Of a stretch of DNA of 64,000 bases, positions 14,512 through 22,701 are shown one piece after another. Source of the stretch: a virus; IMG/VR virus record IMGVR_UViG_3300033075_000685. One strand, 5' to 3'. Position 1 is the first letter of the stretch; every line of letters begins with the position of its first letter. The position numbers and the translations under genes are program-made. The notes beneath the pieces were generated by a model. It saw only the letters and a list, made by a program, of their open reading frames with translations. It had not been told where the DNA came from and did not search any database.

Positions 14512-14622
14512 ATTGTAACACTGTTTTTAGGTGTTGTCAACAGTTTTTTTCTTTGGTTTCTTTTTTTCTTTTCTTGGTGATCTATCTTTTGCCATTATAT
14601 TACCTCTTTTGCTGGTTGTCAA
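14512..14622 (-). promoter_or_regulatory. tandem sigma70 promoters for the tRNA array
   Basis: TTGACA-17-TATAAT (14594-14622) and TTGACA-17-TACAAT (14512-14540). Confidence 0.75.
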
Positions 14623-14630
14623 GTGATTTT

Positions 14631-14969
14631 TTATGGGACATGAACGATAGTTTCATCAAGTTCCAGTGCTCCCGGAGAAAATAATCCTATTCCTGGGAAA
14701 AGGAAATAAACACCCCAAGTATCTAATTTACCCCAAGTTGAAGGAACTGGAGTTAAGGTTTTTGTAAAAACTACCTTTCCTTCTTTATATTTGTTAATTG
14801 TAATACTTTTATCTCTATCAACAGAAACTATTGATGGAACTGTAGTTATTTTATCATTAACAGTAACAGAAGAAACTGGTCCTGATAATGTTATATTTTG
14901 TTTGCTATCTTGAAATACTGAACAAGCGGTTAAGAAAAATGAGATAATTAATGTAATTAAAATTTTCAT
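14631..14969 (-). CDS. putative lipoprotein
   Basis: Lipobox LTAC after hydrophobic signal. Confidence 0.75.
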   Translation of the reverse strand: MKILITLIISFFLTACSVFQDSKQNITLSGPVSSVTVNDKITTVPSIVSVDRDKSITINKYKEGKVVFTKTLTPVPSTWGKLDTWGVYFLFPGIGLFSPGALELDETIVHVP

Positions 14970-15172
14970 TTTTTAGTTTCCTCTATTTGTTGTGTAATAT
15001 CTTCTTGTAATAATACGGTACTATTTGGATAATATTTATTTATGGTTGTTACTATATCATTATAAATTTCACTTGGAGTTTCTTTATCAATTACTGTTAC
15101 AATAGTCGTTTCAGTTTCATTAGATTCTTTTTTAAAGTTTACTCTAAAAAATTTTTTCATTTTTTTCTCCAT
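14966..15172 (-). CDS. hypothetical protein
   Basis: ATGA-coupled to the lipoprotein gene. Confidence 0.6.
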   Translation of the reverse strand: MEKKMKKFFRVNFKKESNETETTIVTVIDKETPSEIYNDIVTTINKYYPNSTVLLQEDITQQIEETKK

Positions 15173-15188
15173 TTTTGTAAAAAAACGC

Positions 15189-15216
15189 TTGACAAGATTG
15201 ATTTTTAGGTTATACT
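15189..15216 (+). promoter_or_regulatory. sigma70-type promoter
   Basis: TTGACA-16-TATACT. Confidence 0.7.
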
Positions 15217-15331
15217 AGCTATGTGGTCGGTTGAAGTTACTTGGATATTGCTTAATCACCTTTGCTCCTTAGAGTATTTATAATTCCTTTAGGTTCCTAA
15301 TTAAATTCTACTTGATTAAATATTTGATGTT

Positions 15332-15383
15332 GGTTTTAACTGCGAAGCAGTTAAAACCGTTTTCGTTTCGTAGAAACGAAAAC
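15332..15383. repeat. two abutting perfect hairpins with GNA triloops
   Basis: GGTTTTAACTGC-GAA-GCAGTTAAAACC and GTTTTCGTTTC-GTA-GAAACGAAAAC. Confidence 0.9.
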
Positions 15384-15472
15384 AACTTAGCTGGCTTTAA
15401 CTAAGTAAATTATCAAATTTGAATTAATTGATATTATAAATACTGTTAAAGTTACTTATTTAGGAATTACCA

Positions 15473-15937
15473 ATGACACAAAATACAAATTTAAAAGAAG
15501 GATCATTTGCAACAGTTAAGTTTCCAAGAACCCATGAACTTCATTTTCTCAATGATGAAAGAGTAATTATAGAATCTATTGAAGGTAACTTAGCAAAAAT
15601 AAAATTTGAAAATTCAATATTTAAGAACACAAGTATTGATTTATCTTATCTTCAAGAAGATAATCTTATATTAAATAGTTTTTCATTTTTAAATAAAAAA
15701 GCAAAACGACAAGGATCAAATCAAAACTATATTAACGAATCTTTAGGACATTTATCCACAAAAGAAATAATTGATAATCATTTAGAACATCCTGAAGTAG
15801 AAAAGGAATTAAAGAAAAGAAAAATCCCTTATACTAAAGGTGAAGATGGAAAAATCAAAACTGATTATTTAAATAAATTAAAATGGGGATATAGAATGCA
15901 TAGTGATTCAGATAGACCAGATACATTTGGGACTTAA
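15473..15937 (+). CDS. hypothetical late protein
   Basis: 154-aa ORF; TATAAATA at 15435-15442; terminator-like hairpin at ~15940-15966. Confidence 0.75.
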   Translation: MTQNTNLKEGSFATVKFPRTHELHFLNDERVIIESIEGNLAKIKFENSIFKNTSIDLSYLQEDNLILNSFSFLNKKAKRQGSNQNYINESLGHLSTKEIIDNHLEHPEVEKELKKRKIPYTKGEDGKIKTDYLNKLKWGYRMHSDSDRPDTFGT

Positions 15938-15986
15938 TAAAAAAGGGGAATATTAAATTCCCCTTTAAATTATTTAAGATAATTTT

Positions 15987-16379
15987 TTACCAAAGTACAG
16001 GATGTCCTAATTGACTCATACATGAATTATATGCGCGTTTATATGTTTCATCGGATTCATACATACCATACCATAAACCAGTAATTCCACCAATTGCAGC
16101 ACCAGCAGCAGCACCAGTACCAGCAGAAACCGCACCAGTAATAATTGCACCTGAAACAGCACCAACCGCAGCAGCACCACTAGAAGCAACAATTGCATCT
16201 TCAATACCTTCTTTAGCATATCCAGCGGTATTTGATGCTAATTGCTGGCAATAAATTAAATCTTCTTGAGCAGCAGAAAAATTCTTATCTGCTCTTTCAT
16301 TAAGAGTTGGTTTATAACCAGTAACAGTAGAACATCCAGAAATGATTAATGCGATAGTTAAAGTTAACAAATATTTCAT
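15987..16379 (-). CDS. glycine-zipper lipoprotein
   Basis: ISGC lipobox; GAAAVGAVSGA...GAAAGAAIGG; C...C pair; SD AGGAG. Confidence 0.85.
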   Translation of the reverse strand: MKYLLTLTIALIISGCSTVTGYKPTLNERADKNFSAAQEDLIYCQQLASNTAGYAKEGIEDAIVASSGAAAVGAVSGAIITGAVSAGTGAAAGAAIGGITGLWYGMYESDETYKRAYNSCMSQLGHPVLW

Positions 16380-16497
16380 ATTTTCTCCTTTCATATTATG
16401 AGTGCATTGCACCCGGAAAAAGTATTTATGTCAAAAAATTGACAATTTTCAAAAAATAGAATATTATATATTTTCATAAATAACATATTACATAAAA

Positions 16498-17037
16498 ATG
16501 AATATATTTTATCTTTCAAATGATCCAAAAGAATGTGCTCAATGGCATAACAACAGACATTCGATAAAAATGTTAGTTGAATTAGTACAAATTTTATCAA
16601 CTGCTCATAGAGTTTTAGATGGAATAGAAATTTTAACCGTTTCTAAATCTGGAAGAAAAATTAAACGATGGAAATTAAACGATGAAAGAGATACTATATT
16701 ATACAAATCTACACATATTAATCATCCTTCTAATCTTTGGGTTAGGGAATCTAATTCAAATTACATTTGGTTGCATCAATTACTTAAAGAATTATGTAAA
16801 GAATATACATACAGATATGGAAAAATTCATAAATGTGAAGTTTGTGGATTAGTTAAAATATTAGAAACCCCACCAAATAATATTCCACATAAAGAATTTA
16901 CACCAGTAACACCAGCAATGCCTAAAGAATGTATTATTCAAAATGATTCTATTGCATCATATAGAAATTATTATATTACACATAAACGGCATCTTGCTGA
17001 ATGGAAATCTCGTGACAAACCTTATTGGTATAAATAA
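16498..17037 (+). CDS. pyrimidine-dimer DNA glycosylase/endonuclease V-like protein
   Basis: MNIFYL...H..KM..E..QILSTAHR...YKSTHINHPS...EYTYRYGKIHK...YRNYY. Confidence 0.75.
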   Translation: MNIFYLSNDPKECAQWHNNRHSIKMLVELVQILSTAHRVLDGIEILTVSKSGRKIKRWKLNDERDTILYKSTHINHPSNLWVRESNSNYIWLHQLLKELCKEYTYRYGKIHKCEVCGLVKILETPPNNIPHKEFTPVTPAMPKECIIQNDSIASYRNYYITHKRHLAEWKSRDKPYWYK

Positions 17038-17066
17038 TTGTATATTATTATTGAAGGAGATATAAT

Positions 17067-17312
17067 TTGTTAATTTACGAATTAAAAAACACTAAAACCG
17101 GTGAAGTTTTTGAAAAATTATTTAGAAACCGTGAAGAATATGAACAATTTATGAAAGATTACCCTAATCTTCAACGTTATTATTCTTCGATTCATTTTCA
17201 AGATTCAATTTCATTAGGATTAAGAAAACCCCCAAGAGAATTTCAGAATGAAGTTATTGGAAGAATAAAGAAAAATAATCCTCATCATAATATAAAAAGT
17301 AGATGGGATTAA
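17067..17312 (+). CDS. conserved T4-like small protein (FmdB-like)
   Basis: YELKNTKTGEVFEK...IKKNNP; TATAAATA at 17029-17036; SD AAGGAG. Confidence 0.65.
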   Translation: MLIYELKNTKTGEVFEKLFRNREEYEQFMKDYPNLQRYYSSIHFQDSISLGLRKPPREFQNEVIGRIKKNNPHHNIKSRWD

Positions 17313-17408
17313 TTTGTAGAAATTAACAATGGACATTGTGAAAACTATCATAACTAAAGAGACAAGTTATCTTCAAAAGATGCTTGTCTTTTTTTATAGG
17401 GAAATTAT

Positions 17409-18164
17409 ATGCATAATAAATCATTTAAAAAACCAAATAGACAACATGGATTTGAATCAATGGAAAATGTTTCATATTTAAAAAGAAAGAAAAAACCAAC
17501 AACAGGTATTTCTAATCTTGAATTACATGAAATACAACCGTTAACTGATAATCAAGAAATTTTATTTGAAGAATATTTAAAAGGAAAAAATATAGTTGCA
17601 ACTGGATCAGCAGGGAGTGGTAAATCGTATTGTTTATTATATTTAATGATGCATGACTTGCTTTATAATAACAATTATGAGAAAATTGTTATTTTTAGAT
17701 CAGCTGTACCGATTAGAAATCTTGGATTTCTTCCGGGATCAGAAGATGAAAAGTTAGCAGCATATGAATTACCTTATAAAAATATTTTCAATGATTTATT
17801 TGGAAGATCGGATGCATATGAAATTTTAAAGAAAAAAGATTTAATTGAATTTCAATCAACATCATATATAAGAGGTATTACACTTAATAATTCTTTATTA
17901 TTAGTTGATGAATGGGAGAATTGTAATTTTCATGAACTTGATACTTTAGTAACAAGATGTGGAAAAAATACTAAAATTCATTTTTCGGGAGATATAAAAC
18001 AAACAGATTTTGATGGTAAAAAAGATGTCAGTGGATTTCATGATTTTATTAGTATAATACAAAACATTGAAGATTTTCATATTGTTAATTTTAACATATC
18101 TGATTGTGTTAGAAATGGAATTGTGTTAAAATATTTACAAGAAAAGGATAGAATGGGATTTTAA
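17409..18164 (+). CDS. phoH: PhoH-like ATPase
   Basis: GSAGSGKS, LGFLPG, YIRGITL, VDE, TRCG..SGD..QTD, VR. Confidence 0.93.
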   Translation: MHNKSFKKPNRQHGFESMENVSYLKRKKKPTTGISNLELHEIQPLTDNQEILFEEYLKGKNIVATGSAGSGKSYCLLYLMMHDLLYNNNYEKIVIFRSAVPIRNLGFLPGSEDEKLAAYELPYKNIFNDLFGRSDAYEILKKKDLIEFQSTSYIRGITLNNSLLLVDEWENCNFHELDTLVTRCGKNTKIHFSGDIKQTDFDGKKDVSGFHDFISIIQNIEDFHIVNFNISDCVRNGIVLKYLQEKDRMGF

Positions 18165-18184
18165 TTCATTTTTGGAGAAATGAC

Positions 18185-18400
18185 ATGAGTAATTTTGAAC
18201 AGATGTTAAAGGTTACGGATGAACCTTTGCGAGAATCGGTATGCTGTGTGATGGATACTTATGATCTGGTGTATAGGTGGATAGAATCCAGGCATGGTGT
18301 TGTTCATTCATCTTTTGATATTAACCGTGCCGTCGAGATGATTATTGAGCAAAAAACTAACATTGAGTTTTGGCAGAAGAATCGGGAGAAAATGACATGA
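18185..18400 (+). CDS. hypothetical protein
   Basis: SD GGAG, 71 aa. Confidence 0.65.
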   Translation: MSNFEQMLKVTDEPLRESVCCVMDTYDLVYRWIESRHGVVHSSFDINRAVEMIIEQKTNIEFWQKNREKMT

Positions 18401-18585
18401 AAAATGTATTTGTCGTTGCAGGATCATTTGATGAATTTAGAACATATGTTAAATATCAAACCGCTTTAACTAAAAAGAAAATAAAATATTCTTTTGTCAA
18501 AGATATTTGTAACTTATATGATAATAAAAACAAAGATATCAGATATATTGGTTCTTATATGAACAGAATGGATATAAACAAATAA
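18397..18585 (+). CDS. hypothetical protein
   Basis: ATGA-coupled start MKNVFVVAGS. Confidence 0.6.
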   Translation: MKNVFVVAGSFDEFRTYVKYQTALTKKKIKYSFVKDICNLYDNKNKDIRYIGSYMNRMDINK

Positions 18586-18592
18586 TGTAAAT

Positions 18593-18847
18593 ATGAGATA
18601 TTTTTTAAAATACCCTAAATATTCAACTACATTAATGTTAGTAGATTATCTCGATAAACTTTCATCTGTTGATGGAATATATGAATATAATATTGATAGT
18701 AAAAAAATCATTTTTACTAGAGATGAAAATAATATTAGAGAATTGTTAATTTTTTCTGAAGACGAAACTGAAGTGTATGATTCGTATGCTACAGTAGAAT
18801 ATACAGAACATAAATATAAAAACAAATTATTAAAGGAATATATGTAA
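18593..18847 (+). CDS. hypothetical protein
   Basis: 84-aa ORF in operon. Confidence 0.6.
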   Translation: MRYFLKYPKYSTTLMLVDYLDKLSSVDGIYEYNIDSKKIIFTRDENNIRELLIFSEDETEVYDSYATVEYTEHKYKNKLLKEYM

Positions 18848-19386
18848 TGTTATCATTTATGCAATTTTTATCTGAAAATCCAAAGATAGAAAAGAGTTTT
18901 GATAAAAAATTTCTAAAATCTATGAATGCTCCGATATTATCACAATTAAGTTCTTCTCATGATACAGCAGAACATATAGGAAATTCCGATATTGGTTCTT
19001 ACCATAAACAAGATTTTAATGGAAATTCCGCATATTATCATTATGTTGATAATAAACCAAGAGAATTTTCTATTATATCTCCTTCTAATATTCAACGAAT
19101 TACTTCTAAAAATGATGGAGATTCTACTCATATTCATAATTTCATGAAATATCATGCCGATAAATTTGGAGAAGTAAAATCGGATAAATTTAATACAAAA
19201 GGATCACAAAAATTATGGACTGATGTAGTGAATAATAATGATTCAGATAAATATTCTACTATTCATTATGATGGTACTACAGAGCACAAAATGAATGGTG
19301 ATTATTTGAGTAAAAAGAAAGATTCTATTTGGAATAATTCTGATGATGCAATGAAACATTCTGTTATTTTAAGAAAAAATGTATAA
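18847..19386 (+). CDS. hypothetical protein, possible internal head protein
   Basis: N-terminus MLSFMQFLSE resembles the T4 capsid-targeting sequence. Confidence 0.65.
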   Translation: MLSFMQFLSENPKIEKSFDKKFLKSMNAPILSQLSSSHDTAEHIGNSDIGSYHKQDFNGNSAYYHYVDNKPREFSIISPSNIQRITSKNDGDSTHIHNFMKYHADKFGEVKSDKFNTKGSQKLWTDVVNNNDSDKYSTIHYDGTTEHKMNGDYLSKKKDSIWNNSDDAMKHSVILRKNV

Positions 19387-19633
19387 AATATATCCAAAAT
19401 CAATAGAAACTATAAAAATATCCGAGCAAATTGGCGAAGAAAATATAAATTCTGTTTTATTAAATGAATATTTTGAGAAAAAAGTGAAAAATCTTAAATA
19501 TATTGTATATGGACATTATATAATAAATGCTTGTTTAGTGTTTGATAATGATAAAGTGGTAGATGGGTTTTATATGTCTTGTTCTTCTGCCGAATATGAA
19601 AATAAATCTTTTGAAGAATGGTTAAAAATATAA
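19379..19633 (+). CDS. hypothetical protein
   Basis: 84-aa ORF in operon. Confidence 0.6.
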   Translation: MYKIYPKSIETIKISEQIGEENINSVLLNEYFEKKVKNLKYIVYGHYIINACLVFDNDKVVDGFYMSCSSAEYENKSFEEWLKI

Positions 19634-20296
19634 ATGTTTAATCATTGTCCTCCAACAGAATTAGAAGAATTACTAACAGAAACAAAATCTGGAAGACGAC
19701 ATTATATTGTCGGTAAAAATTCATATCCATCAATCACTTCTATTCTAGGTGCATTTCCTAAACCCGGAATTGAAAAATGGAGAAAACGAGTTGGTGAAGA
19801 AGAAGCAAATAGAATAACCAAACGATCAACACAAAAAGGAACTAATGTTCATGCTATAATAGAAGATTATCTTAATAACAAAGAAATAAAAACTGATAAC
19901 TATTTTGCTTTAGAAAATTTTAATTCGGTTAAACCTTATCTTAATCAAATTAATAATATACATTATTTAGAATGTCCTTTATATTCAAATCAATTAAAAG
20001 TTGCTGGAAGATGTGATTCAATTGCTGAATTTGATGGAACATTATCAATAATAGATTTTAAAACTTCCAGAAAACTAAAACGTGAAGAATGGATTCAAGA
20101 TTATTTTTTTCAATGTAGTTTTTATTCAGCAGCTTATTATGAATTGACTAAAATAAAAGCAAAACAGATTGTTATAATTATGGCGGTTGAAAATGAAGAA
20201 CCCCAACTTTTTAAAAAGGAGGTAAAAGATTATTTAAAACCAACGATTTCAAAAATTAGAAAATATTATGAATTATATCATGAAAAAAATGTATAA
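19634..20296 (+). CDS. PD-(D/E)xK exonuclease (Cas4/lambda-exo-like)
   Basis: YPSITSIL, GTNVH, E.PLYS, AGRCD, IIDFKTS, FFQ...Y. Confidence 0.88.
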   Translation: MFNHCPPTELEELLTETKSGRRHYIVGKNSYPSITSILGAFPKPGIEKWRKRVGEEEANRITKRSTQKGTNVHAIIEDYLNNKEIKTDNYFALENFNSVKPYLNQINNIHYLECPLYSNQLKVAGRCDSIAEFDGTLSIIDFKTSRKLKREEWIQDYFFQCSFYSAAYYELTKIKAKQIVIIMAVENEEPQLFKKEVKDYLKPTISKIRKYYELYHEKNV

Positions 20297-20422
20297 ATAA
20301 AAAACTATATTTTAAAAAATATAGTTTTCTTTAAACCTGATGAGGGTGCTTTTTTATAAAAGTAGTCAAAATATCATCAAATAGTAAAGTAGTAGAAATA
20401 CTACTCCAATAGGAGACAAAAT

Positions 20423-20764
20423 ATGATGAAATTTACATCTATACTTTTCTTTATGATAATGATTTTTTCAGAAACAACTCAAGCGCAAATTGGAACGGCA
20501 AGTTGGTATGGAGGATCATTTCATGGTAGAAAAACTGCTTCTGGAGAACGTTTTAATACGAATGCTTTAACAGCAGCACACAAAAAGTTAAGATTTGGAA
20601 CTAAAGTAAAAGTTACAAATCTTAAAAATAATAGGTCAGTTAATGTGAGAATAACTGATCGTGGACCTTATGTTAAAGGAAGAATTATCGACCTTTCAAA
20701 AGCGGCAAAACAACAACTCGGTATGGGTGGAATTACATTAGTAAAACTTGAAGTTCTTAACTAA
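20423..20764 (+). CDS. rlpA: RlpA-like lytic transglycosylase (DPBB) with signal peptide
   Basis: [18 protein letters not shown]....LTAAHK.L.FGT...DRGP....RIIDLS. Confidence 0.92.
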   Translation: MMKFTSILFFMIMIFSETTQAQIGTASWYGGSFHGRKTASGERFNTNALTAAHKKLRFGTKVKVTNLKNNRSVNVRITDRGPYVKGRIIDLSKAAKQQLGMGGITLVKLEVLN

Positions 20765-20782
20765 ATGTAATTCAAAATAACA

Positions 20783-20817
20783 AAAAGATACCCTTTATAA
20801 ATAAGGGTATCTTTTTT
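20783..20817 (+). terminator. intrinsic terminator
   Basis: AAAAAGATACCCTT...AAGGGTATCTTTTTT. Confidence 0.8.
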
Positions 20818-20875
20818 ATTTGACAAAACTAAAAATATAAAGTATACTTTTACTTTTAATATAAGGGTAAAGATT

Positions 20876-21103
20876 ATGACATTTCCAAAAATTACAGAAA
20901 AAGAAAAATTTTCAAAGTATATTATTGAAATAGTTGAGAAAGATGATATTAGTTATATGGATGCAATTGAAGAATATTGTGAAATGATTGGACTTGAAAT
21001 TGAAGTTGCTGCAAAATTAATAACTCCTTATATAATTTCAAAAATTTCTGATGAAGCGAGACAAAAAAATTTAATAAACAAATCACCGGTATTACCTATT
21101 TAA
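20876..21103 (+). CDS. gp33: late-transcription coactivator gp33
   Basis: FSKYI.EIV....ISYMDAI..YCE...EIE..AKLI...KI..EA...NL..LPI; synteny with gp59/gp32. Confidence 0.88.
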   Translation: MTFPKITEKEKFSKYIIEIVEKDDISYMDAIEEYCEMIGLEIEVAAKLITPYIISKISDEARQKNLINKSPVLPI

Positions 21104-21106
21104 TTT

Positions 21107-21673
21107 ATGTCAACCTATGATGTTGCAAGACTTCATTTATCACTAAAACTGCATTTTACAACAACTTATGATTATTTTGAATATAATGGAAAATGTAAAA
21201 TAAAGTTTATTCCTCAACAACATCTTTTTTTATATGAAAAATTAGATAAAAAATATAAAGATAATATTAAAGATTTCTTTATTGCAAATTTTGTAGAAAA
21301 ACCTAAAATATGGATTAATGAATTCTTATCCGAAGAATCTAATCAAATTTATTTGAACTATAAAAAAAGAAAAGAATCATTAGGTTATGTTTTTAAAGAA
21401 GATATTAATTATCTAATTGATAATTATAAAGATTTAAATAAAGTATTAATAGTTAATAAAACTCATCCGATTTTAATGAAATCTGTTCTACAAGAAAAAG
21501 TTTCCCTTGAAACTTGCATTATTTTAAATGATATGGTACACTTTACTAAAGTGTGGGATAAAAGAATGGATGATGTTATTTGGAAAGAATTTAGATTAAA
21601 GTTGACAAAATTTGCGGGATTTGTTATCTTTGATAAAGATAAAATGAAAAAAATCTTAAAAACTGTTTTATAG
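21107..21673 (+). CDS. gp59: helicase loader gp59
   Basis: LSLKLHFT..YDYFEYNGK, FFIANF, HPIL, SLET; synteny. Confidence 0.88.
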   Translation: MSTYDVARLHLSLKLHFTTTYDYFEYNGKCKIKFIPQQHLFLYEKLDKKYKDNIKDFFIANFVEKPKIWINEFLSEESNQIYLNYKKRKESLGYVFKEDINYLIDNYKDLNKVLIVNKTHPILMKSVLQEKVSLETCIILNDMVHFTKVWDKRMDDVIWKEFRLKLTKFAGFVIFDKDKMKKILKTVL

Positions 21674-21756
21674 GAGAATTTTATGGTATAAATAAAGTAT
21701 TAATAATGTAATTGTGGATAAGATGAAATACGATGTAAATTAAAGAGGTAATATAT

Positions 21757-22650
21757 ATGGTAGATTTTTCAGCATTAAAACGTTCTTCAAATTTTGAAAA
21801 CCTTTCTTCAGCATTAAAGTCATTAAATACTCCAGTTAAGTATAATGAAGATGAAGATAAGTATTGGAAACCTGAACTTGATAAATCAGGTAATGCATTT
21901 GCTATTATTAGGTTTCTTCCTGCTCCAGCCGTTGATGGAGATAGTGCGTTACCATTTATCAGTTATTTTGATCATGGATTTAAAGGTCCGGGTGGTTGGT
22001 ATATAGAAAAAAGTCTTACAACTTTAAATCTTCCTGATCCTGTAAGTGAATGTAATAGAGAACTTTGGAATTCAGGAGTTCCATCAAATATTGAACAAGC
22101 AAGACTTCAAAAACGTAGATTACATTATGTATCTAATATATATGTAATTAAAGATAGTAAACATCCAGAAAATGAAGGAAAAATTTTTCTCTTTTCTTAT
22201 GGTAAAAAAATTATGGAAAAAATTGATTCTTGTATTCATCCTCAATTTGAAGACGAAACAAAGTTTGATCCATTTAATTTTTGGACCGGAGCCAATTTTA
22301 AATTAAAAGTTAGAAAAGTGGACGGTTATCAAAATTATGATTTATCTGAATTTGAAGCACCTAGTCCTTTATTAGATGATGATGAAAAAATAAAAGAAGT
22401 TTGGGAAAATGAATATTCATTAAAAAGTATCGTTTCACCTGATAAGTTTAAGTCTTATGAAGAATTGAAGTCAAGATTAAATACAGTTTTAGGAATATCA
22501 TTAAGACCGAGTGAAAATTTTACTGCACAATCGGTTACAAAGTCAAATATTAAAAAAGAAGAAAAGGTATATGATGTACTATCTGTGGATGATGATGATT
22601 CAGAAAATTTAGATTTCTTTGCAAGTCTTGTTGAAGATGATGATGTTTAA
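21757..22650 (+). CDS. gp32: ssDNA-binding protein gp32
   Basis: WKPELDKSGNAFAIIRFLP, GPGGWYIE, YGKKI, FWTGANFKLK, acidic tail; TATAAATA at 21687-21694. Confidence 0.96.
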   Translation: MVDFSALKRSSNFENLSSALKSLNTPVKYNEDEDKYWKPELDKSGNAFAIIRFLPAPAVDGDSALPFISYFDHGFKGPGGWYIEKSLTTLNLPDPVSECNRELWNSGVPSNIEQARLQKRRLHYVSNIYVIKDSKHPENEGKIFLFSYGKKIMEKIDSCIHPQFEDETKFDPFNFWTGANFKLKVRKVDGYQNYDLSEFEAPSPLLDDDEKIKEVWENEYSLKSIVSPDKFKSYEELKSRLNTVLGISLRPSENFTAQSVTKSNIKKEEKVYDVLSVDDDDSENLDFFASLVEDDDV

Positions 22651-22674
22651 TTTTAATATTCTTTAATGGAATGA

Positions 22675-22701
22675 AAAGAGGGATTTAAATCCCTCTTTTT
22701 T
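22675..22701. terminator. bidirectional terminator between convergent genes
   Basis: AAAAGAGGGATTT-AAATCCCTCTTTT. Confidence 0.8.

Noticed and set aside
19634..20296. CRISPR adaptation Cas4
   Set aside because: It lacks the Fe-S Cys cluster pattern and CRISPR context, and matches the usual T4-like stand-alone exonuclease near phoH.
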